Part shown: one piece after another, positions 15,897-24,586 of the stretch
Layout: every line of letters begins with the position of its first letter
How positions within the stretch are numbered: position 1 is the stretch's first letter
Source: Candidatus Firestoneibacteriota bacterium
GTDB taxonomy: Bacteria; Oederibacteriota; D2-FULL-39-29; JBBTED01
Direction of reading: 5' to 3'
NCBI GenBank assembly: GCA_038042445.1
Contig: JBBTED010000038.1
Location: 1-43,306, forward strand
DNA: 43,306 nt
Program-made: the position numbers and the translations under genes
Notes under the pieces: model-generated
Databases searched by the model: none
What the model was told of the DNA's origin: nothing
The model's input: the letters and a program-made list of their open reading frames with translations, nothing else

Positions 15897-16580
15897 GTGA
15901 ATATAATAGAAATCAGAGGGTTAAAAAAAGATTATCCATTGGGTGCAACTACTGTTCATGCTTTAAGGGGTGTTGATTTTGTTGTTAATGAAGGAGAGTT
16001 TTTAAGTGTTGTTGGTCCTTCAGGGAGTGGGAAGACTACGCTTCTTAATGTAATAGGGTGTATTGATTTTGCAACAGAAGGTTCTGTTAAAATAGGAGAA
16101 GTTGATATTACTTCAATGAATGACAGGCAGGTTACAGACTTGCGTCTTAATAAAATTGGATTTATATTTCAGACTTTCAATCTTATTGCTGTGCTTGATA
16201 CTGTTGAAAATGTAGAATTTCCACTTTTACTTATGAAAAAACATTCGAAGTCCGAAGTGAGAAAAAAAGCCCAAGAGATGCTCGAAAAAGTAGGGCTAAA
16301 AGAATATATAAAACACAGACCTGCTGAACTTTCTGGCGGACAAAGACAAAGAGTTGCAATTGCCAGAGCACTTGTGACAAATCCTGATATTGTTTTGGCG
16401 GATGAGCCCACTGCAAATCTGGATTCAGTTACAGGTGCTTCAATATTAGAGCTAATGAAAGAGATAAACAACACTGAAAAAACAACATTTATATTTTCCA
16501 CACATGATGCCAATGTATTAAAGTATGCACACAAAATAGTGAAACTTAAAGATGGAGCAATAGCTGACGGAGAAAATTAA
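15897..16580 (+). CDS. ABC transporter ATP-binding protein (LolD/MacB-like)
   Basis: AGGAGG site and GTG start. Motifs GPSGSGKTT, IGFIFQTFNL, LSGGQRQRVAIARAL and ADEPTANLD. Confidence 0.93.
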   Translation: MNIIEIRGLKKDYPLGATTVHALRGVDFVVNEGEFLSVVGPSGSGKTTLLNVIGCIDFATEGSVKIGEVDITSMNDRQVTDLRLNKIGFIFQTFNLIAVLDTVENVEFPLLLMKKHSKSEVRKKAQEMLEKVGLKEYIKHRPAELSGGQRQRVAIARALVTNPDIVLADEPTANLDSVTGASILELMKEINNTEKTTFIFSTHDANVLKYAHKIVKLKDGAIADGEN

Positions 16581-18109
16581 TGGAGCTCATATTTAAAATT
16601 GCCTGGCGAAATATACAGCGTCATAAAGGAAAAAGTATAGTAATAGGCGCGATACTTTTTATAGGTGCTTTGTTAATGACTGTAGGAAACGGAGTTATAT
16701 CTGGAATGGAAAAAGGACTTACACAGAATATAATAGAAAGTTTTACAGGTCATATAGTACTTATTTCAGATAAGAATGAATCAGATAGTGTGCTTCTTTC
16801 AATGATGGGGAAGGCTGTTGAGCCGATAAACAATTATCCTGCTATAAAGAAAATTTTGCTTGAGCAGAGTGATATAGAAAAATTCCTGCCTGTAGGTAAA
16901 AATATGGCTATAACATTATATGAAAGCGGAATGGCACCGGGATTTGCATTTCTTTTGGGTGTGGATATTGAAGAATATAAAAAAATGTTTCCGGATAATA
17001 TTACTGTTATTGAAGGAAGAATGCTTGAAAAGGGAGAAAAAGGAATTGTTATTCCTACAAGTGCACGTAAGGAATACTTTGATTATACAAATATTTGGCT
17101 TATTCCAGAGGGTGGTGTTGTGGTTAAAGAAAATCTACCAGAAGATGCCAAGAAAAATATGAATGAATTGATAACAAAAGACAATGCTGTTTTTATGGGT
17201 TCTACAGAAAGCAATACAACTACAGATATCAGGCTTGGAGTTAAGGGTGTAGTAAAATATAAAGCTTTGAATACAATATGGGGGCATTTTACAATTGGGG
17301 ATATTGAATCATACAGGGAATGTATGGGTTATTTTTCTGCACAGGATAAAGTTTCTGAATTGCCAAAAGAGAAGAAAGAGCTTCTGTCAATGAAAAATGA
17401 AAATCTGGATTCCTTATTTGGTTCAGAATCAATGTTTGTGTCAAGTGCAGGCAAAGTAGATGTTTCAGAAATTGATTTTAAGAAAAAGGAATCTGTAAAA
17501 AAAGAAAATATTAATCTTGAGACAGGAGTGTATAATCTTGTATTTGTAAAATTAAAAAATGGTGGAACGCTTAAATCTGAGGTCAAAAAATTAAATGATA
17601 TTTTTAAGGCAAATAAAATTGGGATTCGTGCTGTAACATGGAAAAAAGCAGCTGGAGCAATAGGAAGTATGACAACAATAATAAAAGGAGCACTTTTTCT
17701 TTTTGTGATGTTTTTGTTTCTTGTTGCGATTATAATAATAGTGAATACGCTTAGTATGGCAGCACTTGAGAGAACTTCTGAAATAGGTATGATGCGTGTA
17801 GTGGGAGCAAGAAAAGAATTCATAAGCAGAATGTTTTTTGGTGAGACTGCAATACTTTCAATAATATTTGGCTGTGCAGGTATACTATGCGGTATTATTA
17901 TCGTGAAACTACTTCCTTTTTTTAACATCACATCACAGAATGATATGATTCAGCTCTTGTTCGGAGGTAATAAATTTCAACCATTTTTGTCCATTACTGA
18001 TATAGGTTTGACTGTTGGACAGCTTGTTCTTGTAACTTTCATAGCCGTTATATATCCTATAAAAGTGGCAAAGAGCGTAACACCGCTTGATGCAATATCA
18101 AGGGAGTGA
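16580..18109 (+). CDS. FtsX/LolCE-like ABC permease
   Basis: IAWRNIQRHKGKS, a large periplasmic domain, ERTSEIGMMRVVGA, three C-terminal transmembrane helices, and TPLDAI. Confidence 0.88.
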   Translation: MELIFKIAWRNIQRHKGKSIVIGAILFIGALLMTVGNGVISGMEKGLTQNIIESFTGHIVLISDKNESDSVLLSMMGKAVEPINNYPAIKKILLEQSDIEKFLPVGKNMAITLYESGMAPGFAFLLGVDIEEYKKMFPDNITVIEGRMLEKGEKGIVIPTSARKEYFDYTNIWLIPEGGVVVKENLPEDAKKNMNELITKDNAVFMGSTESNTTTDIRLGVKGVVKYKALNTIWGHFTIGDIESYRECMGYFSAQDKVSELPKEKKELLSMKNENLDSLFGSESMFVSSAGKVDVSEIDFKKKESVKKENINLETGVYNLVFVKLKNGGTLKSEVKKLNDIFKANKIGIRAVTWKKAAGAIGSMTTIIKGALFLFVMFLFLVAIIIIVNTLSMAALERTSEIGMMRVVGARKEFISRMFFGETAILSIIFGCAGILCGIIIVKLLPFFNITSQNDMIQLLFGGNKFQPFLSITDIGLTVGQLVLVTFIAVIYPIKVAKSVTPLDAISRE

Positions 18110-18118
18110 AATAATCCA

Positions 18119-19921
18119 ATGAATATGATAATGATGATAAGTTTAAGAAATCTTTTCAGGCAAAAAAGACGGAATATACTTTTAGGTATTGCAATTGCAG
18201 TAGGTATAATGATACTTGTGATAGCCAATTCATTTTCAAGAGGAATATCTGATATTATATTCAATAAGATTGCAGCTTATGTTGCAGGACATGTGCAGAT
18301 ATCATTTAATGAAAAGGGACAGATGTATAGGACTATTTTTCGTGATAAGGACAGAATATTACCTATTGTGCAAAAAAATGTAGAAGGCTTGAGGTCATTA
18401 GATGAAGCAATAGGAGTATTTAGCCGGGCAATAGGAAATGGCAAAGCTGATAATGTGGTAATTGTGGGGATTGACCTTGAACAAAAAGTTGATGAAAAAC
18501 TTCAGAAAGAATACGAAGAGTCTTTTAAAATGATTGAAGGAGATTTTAATAATCTAAAAAAGAAGGATATAGAAAATCCAGTAATTATATCTGAAGAGAA
18601 AGCAAAATATCTTAATGTCCGACTTAATGATTCTATACGTGTGCGGTTTACGAATATGAATGGTCAGAATCAAGCGACAAAGCTAAGTGTTATAGGTATT
18701 ATGAAAAATGATAATATATTTATGAACGGAGTATTATTTTTGGATGTTCGGAATGTAAAAAAACTTATGGGTTTCAGACCGTATGAAACTTCAAGCTTAA
18801 ATCTTGTAATCTGGGATGCGAAAAAAAATGCAGTGGCAGTTGCAGACAAATTGCATAGTTTGTTAAAGCCGGGTTTGGCTGTTATTTATGCAGATGTTAA
18901 ATATAAAAATAAATTTGCTAATGCAACAGTGCTTGGTTATAAATCCGATAATGAATCAATAAAAACATTAAAAGACCAGATAAAAATTAAAATCCCCCTT
19001 AGTTTCACTTTAATAAAGGGGGCTGTTATGAAAGAAGAGGATTTTGGCACAAAAAGTGTTTTTATAAGTGAAACTCTGGCAAAAAAACTTGGGGTTAAAT
19101 CAGGCGATATATTTGAGATAGCATATAAAAATAAATTTGAAGGAAAAGGGACAACAGTTAAATATACATTAAAATCAATCATTGAGTTTAACAATAAAAA
19201 TCTGGCAGATAAAAATATTATATTTCTTAATGAAGAAAAATTCTATGATACATATTATGATAATTTGCCGGAAGATTACAAAAAAATTAAGGATGTTGTG
19301 TTACCTGAGGAAAACAGTGGTTTGTATCCAATTCTTGCAACTGAGTGGATATTGCTTGATAGAAGTAGTACTACTGATGAGTTACAGAAAAAGATGAAAG
19401 ATATGAGTAAGAAAAAATGGAAAGGAACTGTTGTGGATGTCCGGTCAATGTATGAAAGCGCAAGTGATGTGTTAAAACTTGAAAGCGCGCTTAATCTTAT
19501 TACTTTTAATGCGGTGATGATACTGTTTTTTATAATTCTTATAGGAGTAATAAATACACTTAGAATGACAATACGCGAGCGCACCAGAGAAATCGGGACG
19601 GTGCGGGCAATAGGTATGCAGAAAAACGATGTGCGAAACAGCTTTATATACGAGGCATTTTTTCTTGCTCTTTTTGCATCAATTGCAGGCATTATAATTG
19701 CGTTTATACTGATGCATATTCTTTCAGCGTTTACGATAAATATGCCAGATAATCCATTATCAATACTTTTAGTAAATGGACATTTATATTTTATGCCCTC
19801 ATTTTTAAGCATTATTTTAAATACATTGTTGATACTTGTTATAGTTGTTGTGACTGCATATTTCCCTGCCCGGAGGGCTGCAAATATGTCACCCACAACA
19901 GCATTAAGGCATTACGAATAA
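18119..19921 (+). CDS. FtsX/LolCE-like ABC permease with an enlarged periplasmic domain
   Basis: SLRNLFRQKRRN, ERTREIGTVRAIGM and PARRAANMSPTTALR. Confidence 0.88.
   Translation: MNMIMMISLRNLFRQKRRNILLGIAIAVGIMILVIANSFSRGISDIIFNKIAAYVAGHVQISFNEKGQMYRTIFRDKDRILPIVQKNVEGLRSLDEAIGVFSRAIGNGKADNVVIVGIDLEQKVDEKLQKEYEESFKMIEGDFNNLKKKDIENPVIISEEKAKYLNVRLNDSIRVRFTNMNGQNQATKLSVIGIMKNDNIFMNGVLFLDVRNVKKLMGFRPYETSSLNLVIWDAKKNAVAVADKLHSLLKPGLAVIYADVKYKNKFANATVLGYKSDNESIKTLKDQIKIKIPLSFTLIKGAVMKEEDFGTKSVFISETLAKKLGVKSGDIFEIAYKNKFEGKGTTVKYTLKSIIEFNNKNLADKNIIFLNEEKFYDTYYDNLPEDYKKIKDVVLPEENSGLYPILATEWILLDRSSTTDELQKKMKDMSKKKWKGTVVDVRSMYESASDVLKLESALNLITFNAVMILFFIILIGVINTLRMTIRERTREIGTVRAIGMQKNDVRNSFIYEAFFLALFASIAGIIIAFILMHILSAFTINMPDNPLSILLVNGHLYFMPSFLSIILNTLLILVIVVVTAYFPARRAANMSPTTALRHYE
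18989..19023. repeat. Degenerate CCCCCT/AGGGGG element inside the permease coding sequence
   Basis: AATCCCCCTTAGTTTCACTTTAATAAAGGGGG resembles the reverse complement of the intergenic arm TAAAGGGGGACTAAGGGGGAATT (29820-29842). Confidence 0.6.
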
Positions 19922-19943
19922 AATATAAAATAATAGAATGTAG

Positions 19944-20043
19944 TTTGTCATTCCCGCAGTGGTAAGCGGGAATCCAGTGTCTTTTTAAAATATTGCTAAA
20001 ACAAGACTCTGGATTCCCAATTAAAGAATTTGGGAATGACAAA
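19944..20043. repeat. TGTCATTCCC (dRS3-like) two-arm palindromic element
   Basis: TTTGTCATTCCCGCAGTGGTAAGCGGGAATCCAG ... CTGGATTCCCAATTAAAGAATTTGGGAATGACAAA. Each arm is an ATTCCC..GGGAAT hairpin. Confidence 0.85.
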
Positions 20044-20125
20044 GAAATAAACGGTGTTTAATGAATAATGGTTGGGAAAAAATCATTGTCTGGTGGAAAA
20101 AATATCAAACATAAGGGAGAAAATT

Positions 20126-20896
20126 ATGTTTAAAAATCTGATAATATCTTTAATTGCAGTTTTATCTTATTCAGGGTTGTTATATTCTGAAGTTCCAAAA
20201 ATTCATGATATTCTTGCTAAGGTTGAAGATATAATGGAAATGAAAACCGATGCAAAAGCTAAAGTAGTGCTTACTCAGCAGAAAGCTGAACAAGGCGTAA
20301 AAGTGATTGAGATGGTTTACTATCGTAGGGATAAAGATGATTCAATGTTAATAGTAATGGTTGCTCCTGAATCCGAGAAGGGGAATGGATATTTGCGTGT
20401 GGAAGACAATTTCTGGATGTATAGAAGAAACACCAGAATGTTTCAGCATATAAACAGAGATGAGAGTATTGGCGGGTCTGATGCGCAGGCTGATGATTTT
20501 GAAAAAAGAAAACTAACAGAGCTTTACGAAGGTGTGAAGAATGAAAATGGGCAGGAAAATATTTCTGAAGAAACACTCGGCAAAATTCCTGTTTATAAAT
20601 TTGAGCTAAAAGCAAAAGTAAATGATATTGATTATCCAAAAAAAATATATTGGGTCAGAAAAGATAATAATTTACCATTAAAGGAAGAAGCTTATTCTTT
20701 ATCTGGAACGTTAATGGCAACTGCATATTACATAAATTATGCAATTATTGATGGCAGGTATGTACCAGTTAAGCAAATACATATTGATGAATTTGAAAAA
20801 GGTAATAAGACAGTTGTAGAAATATCTGGTATATCAACTGCAAAATTAGACGATGCTATTTTTACAAAAGCATATCTTGAGAATTTGAGTAAATAA
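20126..20896 (+). CDS. Outer-membrane lipoprotein-sorting (LolA-like) periplasmic protein
   Basis: AAGGGAG site before the ATG at 20126, and a signal peptide. APESEKGNGYL..DNFWMY, IGGSD, YPKKIYWV and FTKAYLE. Confidence 0.75.
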   Translation: MFKNLIISLIAVLSYSGLLYSEVPKIHDILAKVEDIMEMKTDAKAKVVLTQQKAEQGVKVIEMVYYRRDKDDSMLIVMVAPESEKGNGYLRVEDNFWMYRRNTRMFQHINRDESIGGSDAQADDFEKRKLTELYEGVKNENGQENISEETLGKIPVYKFELKAKVNDIDYPKKIYWVRKDNNLPLKEEAYSLSGTLMATAYYINYAIIDGRYVPVKQIHIDEFEKGNKTVVEISGISTAKLDDAIFTKAYLENLSK

Positions 20897-20917
20897 TTTT
20901 TTGTTTCCCACATGCAA

Positions 20918-20940
20918 TAGGTCAGGCATCTTGCCTGACA
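20918..20940. repeat. GTAG-family-like hairpin
   Basis: TAG followed by GTCAGGCA-TCT-TGCCTGAC. Confidence 0.55.
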
Positions 20941-20954
20941 ATAATAAAAAGACA

Positions 20955-20983
20955 CTGGATTCCGTGTCAAGCACGGAATGACA
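20955..20983. repeat. Right arm of a TGTCATTCC element
   Basis: CTGGATTCCGTGTCAAGCACGGAATGACA, with the same CTGGATTCC..GGAATGACA frame as 20009-20041. Confidence 0.8.
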
Positions 20984-21002
20984 ACAGAAACAGGAATGAT
21001 AT

Positions 21003-22349
21003 ATGAATGAAAAAATGATTAAAAACACTTTATTTTTAATGGCTATTATTTGTTTCTTTACAGTCAATATTTTATCTGCCCAAGAAAAAATTGATGAAAA
21101 CGCACTTTTTTCAAATTCCGAGACTGTAGTAGAAAGTGCAGATATTGTAAATAATAAAGAAATACTGTTGCAGGGAGAGGAGAAAAAATCAGTTGGTATA
21201 TCCGGAGAACTTACAAATGTTGCTTCATATACAGGGACACGGGATTGGCTAAACAACGGGGACAAGAAAAATAATGTTCTTTCAACCTATATACTCGGCA
21301 ACTTGCTTTTTGATGCACGGCTTAAAAAAGGAACAAAAGGATTTTCAAATATAGAATCTCAATATGATGCGCAAACAGGAAAAACGGATTTTACTCTAAA
21401 AGAGCTATTCCTTGATTTCAATATAAAAAACAGTATATATTTTAGAACAGGTAAACAGGTTTTGCAGTGGGGCAGGTGCTATTTGTGGAATCCAGTTGAT
21501 TTGATAAATGTTGAAAAAAAGATATTTCTACAAAAAATAGGTTACAGAGATGGAGCATATGGTATAAAGTTACATATACCTTTTGGCACAAAATTTAATA
21601 TTTATGGATTTTTTGATACAGGCAGCGTATTAAATATAGATGAGGTGGGAGCTGCAGGAAAAATTGAGTTTCTCTTGGGTGGAACAGAAATGGCAGTTTC
21701 TGCTTGGGGTAAAAAAGGATTTACACCTGTATTCGGGTATGATTTTTCATCAAGAATCTCAGGTGTAGATATTTATGGAGAGGCTTCAGCATCTTATGGT
21801 GATAATTACGATAAAGTAAAACTTGAAAACGGATTTTTAATCAAGGAAAGAAGGCAGAATGAATGGTTTCCTAAAGCGAGTTTTGGATTCGGTAGGGCAA
21901 TTGATTTTGCAGATGTAAATGACAGGATAAATATAACAGGCGAATTATATTATAATTCTGCGGGATATTCAGAAAATATCTTCAATGATATTACAATATA
22001 TCAATATATGATGCAGTCAAATAACGGTAGTTGGGCAGCAGTTAATACTACAAAAAAAGAATTTTTGCTTATGCAGAATTTATATGAAGCCAACAATTTT
22101 TCAAGATATTATGCTGCGCTTTTTACCAGTTTTAGTAAATTTATGATAAGTGATATGATATTTAAGCTTAATCTTATTAGCAATATTGAACAGAAATCAT
22201 TTACTCTTACTACAGGTGTAAATTATGAGGATATGAATGATTTTTCATTTGGTTTTAACATTTATTCGTATTTAGGAGATTTGAATTCAGAATACACATT
22301 TTCCGGTAATGCTTTAACTTTACTGTTTACAGTAGGTATGGTATTTTAG
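21003..22349 (+). CDS. Hypothetical exported protein, probable outer-membrane beta-barrel
   Basis: Signal peptide, LKELFLD..FRTGKQVLQWG..WNPVDLIN, alternating aromatic-rich strands, and a terminal Phe. Confidence 0.65.
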   Translation: MNEKMIKNTLFLMAIICFFTVNILSAQEKIDENALFSNSETVVESADIVNNKEILLQGEEKKSVGISGELTNVASYTGTRDWLNNGDKKNNVLSTYILGNLLFDARLKKGTKGFSNIESQYDAQTGKTDFTLKELFLDFNIKNSIYFRTGKQVLQWGRCYLWNPVDLINVEKKIFLQKIGYRDGAYGIKLHIPFGTKFNIYGFFDTGSVLNIDEVGAAGKIEFLLGGTEMAVSAWGKKGFTPVFGYDFSSRISGVDIYGEASASYGDNYDKVKLENGFLIKERRQNEWFPKASFGFGRAIDFADVNDRINITGELYYNSAGYSENIFNDITIYQYMMQSNNGSWAAVNTTKKEFLLMQNLYEANNFSRYYAALFTSFSKFMISDMIFKLNLISNIEQKSFTLTTGVNYEDMNDFSFGFNIYSYLGDLNSEYTFSGNALTLLFTVGMVF

Positions 22350-22456
22350 TCAATAACCAAAGAATTTCACATCATTACCCAATACCCAAAATAATTATTG
22401 ACAAAAAGCTTTTTAAGTATTAGAAGGTTCATATTAACTAAAAAAAGGAGATAAAG

Positions 22457-24439
22457 TTGACTATTAAAAATAAGTTATTTACAGGATTAGGGATAATTTT
22501 AATAATAATTGGTTTTATAAGTACAATTACCTGGATAGTTAGTAATAAAATTAATAAATCCATAGTTTTAACGTCTGAAACCAGTAAATATTTAGCTGGA
22601 CTTCAGGAATTAGAAATAAAATTTCATCAGGTATTAATGCCTCCTAATGATTATCTTATTACAGGTGATATTAATGAAAAAGAACAATTTGAAAAATTAA
22701 TGAAAAGTTTTAAAGAACAATTTGCTATAACTTATGATGCATTCCAAAAACATAAAACAAAAAAAGAATTACCAGAAGAAACTTCAGAAAATGAGTTTTT
22801 TGAACATGCAAAAAAAGCTACACTTAAAATAGAAGAAATGGCAAATAAAATTTTTAGTTTTAAAATCCTAAGGAAAGATTCAAAAGAAGGTCAATTAATG
22901 GAAGAAATGGATCACGAGGCAGATGAAATTACTGCACAACTTAATTTAATTATAGAGAAATTTAAAAACGACATAGAATATATAGTTTCTGATAATGAAA
23001 AAACAAGAAAACTTTTATTAAAAGTTGTTGGAATACTTAGTATTTTATTGCTTGGCGGGTTTTTTATTAATACAATAATTCTAATCAAAGGAATTAATAC
23101 TCCATTAAAAGAATTGGTTCAGGTTACAAAAAAAATAATATCTGGTGATTTCACTTCTAAGGTAAAATCAATTACTAATGATGAAATTGGTGAGTTGGCA
23201 GTATCCTTTAATACATTAACTGATGAAATTCAACGAAACTATCATATTCAAACTACGCTTAACTCACTTTTATCATTATCATTGAAAGATATTCCTATTG
23301 ATGAAATATTGCAATACACACTTGACCAGTTATATTCAATTGAATGGCTTGATCTTAAAACAAAAGGAGCTGCAATATTTACTGTAGATAATGACACAGA
23401 TTTTTTAATAATGCGGGTTTCTAAGAACTTGTCTGAACCTATACAAAGAATGTGTCGCAAATTGCCATTTGGAAAATGTCTTTGTGGTTTGGCTGCAACT
23501 ACTCAAAAAGTGCAATTTGCAGATAAGATTGATGAACGACATAGTGTATCGTATGATGGTATTAAACCTCATGGGCATTATTGTATTCCAATTCTTCTTG
23601 ATAATAAGACATTGGGTGTAATAAATTTGTATATAAAAGAAGAGCATAAATACAATCAAAAGGAGGTGGAATTTCTAAATTCAATTGCTAATACATTAGC
23701 TGGAATTATAAAACGTAAAAATACAGAAGCTGAAAAAGAAAAACTACATATCCATCTTGTTCAGTCAGACAAAATGGCGGCAATAGGGCAATTAGCAGGT
23801 GGTGTAGCACATGAAATCAATAATCCTATGGGTGTAATTTTAGGTTTTGCACAAAGTGTAGTTAAAAGCATAAAAGAAGAGGACTCTTTATATATGCCTT
23901 TAAAGTCAATAGAACGTGAGGCAATAAGGTGTAAAAAATTAGTAGGAGATTTATTGACATTTTCAAGAGTATCAAAAACAGAGGCAGAAGAAATAGATGT
24001 AAATTCAACAATTGACGTTGCATTATCGCTTGTAGAAGCCCAGACAAAAGTTAAAAATATACAAATAATCAGACAATATGGTGTTGACTTACCCAAAATT
24101 ATGGCAAATAAAAATCAAATTCAGCAGTTAATAATAAACTTATGCAATAATGCAATAGATGCAATGCCTGAAACAGGAACAATAACAATTTCAACGGGAA
24201 ATGTCATTACGAGTGAAACAAAGCAATCTCACATTGAAATTTTAGTTAAAGATACAGGTAGTGGTATATCCAAAGAAATAAAAAATAAAATCTTTGAACC
24301 ATTTTTTACTACAAAAGAAACAGGAAAAGGCACAGGATTAGGATTGAGCTTGTGTTATGAAATTATAAAAAAACATAATGGTATTATTGAGGTTGATAGT
24401 GAAATAGGCAAGGGGACTACATTTAAAATAATCTTATAA
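22457..24439 (+). CDS. Membrane sensor histidine kinase (periplasmic helical sensor, HAMP, GAF, HisKA, HATPase)
   Basis: AGGAG site and TTG start. Two transmembrane helices, DEIGELAVSFN, GVAHEINNP, NLCNNAIDA, DTGSGI, FEPFFTTK and GTGLGL. Confidence 0.92.
   Translation: MTIKNKLFTGLGIILIIIGFISTITWIVSNKINKSIVLTSETSKYLAGLQELEIKFHQVLMPPNDYLITGDINEKEQFEKLMKSFKEQFAITYDAFQKHKTKKELPEETSENEFFEHAKKATLKIEEMANKIFSFKILRKDSKEGQLMEEMDHEADEITAQLNLIIEKFKNDIEYIVSDNEKTRKLLLKVVGILSILLLGGFFINTIILIKGINTPLKELVQVTKKIISGDFTSKVKSITNDEIGELAVSFNTLTDEIQRNYHIQTTLNSLLSLSLKDIPIDEILQYTLDQLYSIEWLDLKTKGAAIFTVDNDTDFLIMRVSKNLSEPIQRMCRKLPFGKCLCGLAATTQKVQFADKIDERHSVSYDGIKPHGHYCIPILLDNKTLGVINLYIKEEHKYNQKEVEFLNSIANTLAGIIKRKNTEAEKEKLHIHLVQSDKMAAIGQLAGGVAHEINNPMGVILGFAQSVVKSIKEEDSLYMPLKSIEREAIRCKKLVGDLLTFSRVSKTEAEEIDVNSTIDVALSLVEAQTKVKNIQIIRQYGVDLPKIMANKNQIQQLIINLCNNAIDAMPETGTITISTGNVITSETKQSHIEILVKDTGSGISKEIKNKIFEPFFTTKETGKGTGLGLSLCYEIIKKHNGIIEVDSEIGKGTTFKIIL
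24202..24230. repeat. TGTCATT-tagged half element inside the kinase coding sequence
   Basis: TGTCATTACGAGTGAAACAAAGCAATCTC has the same TGTCATT..GAG..GAAAC..AAG.AATCTC layout as 2890-2919. It encodes VITSETKQS. Confidence 0.65.
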
Positions 24440-24467
24440 GCTGGTAATAGACCAGTCTTTTACGGTT

Positions 24468-24495
24468 TGTCATTCCTGCGAAAACGGGAATCCAG
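24468..24495. repeat. Left arm of a TGTCATTCC (dRS3-like) element
   Basis: TGTCATTCCTGCGAAAACGGGAATCCAG, i.e. ATTCCT-N8-GGGAAT. Confidence 0.8.
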
Positions 24496-24548
24496 TGTTT
24501 TTAAAATAACAAATCCACCAAAGACTGATTACATTATCTTTATTATTC

Positions 24549-24577
24549 TTGAAATAGAATTTTAATAATGCTAAAAT
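24549..24577 (+). promoter_or_regulatory. Sigma70-type promoter for the secretin cluster
   Basis: TTGAAA, 17-bp spacer, then TGn-extended TAAAAT (24572-24577), ending 9 nt before the ATG. Confidence 0.5.
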
Positions 24578-24586
24578 ATAAGTACA

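Noticed and set aside
22398..22426. Sigma70 promoter for the histidine kinase
   Set aside because: TTGACA is present, but the hexamer at 17 bp (TAGAAG) lacks the conserved final T, so it was not called.
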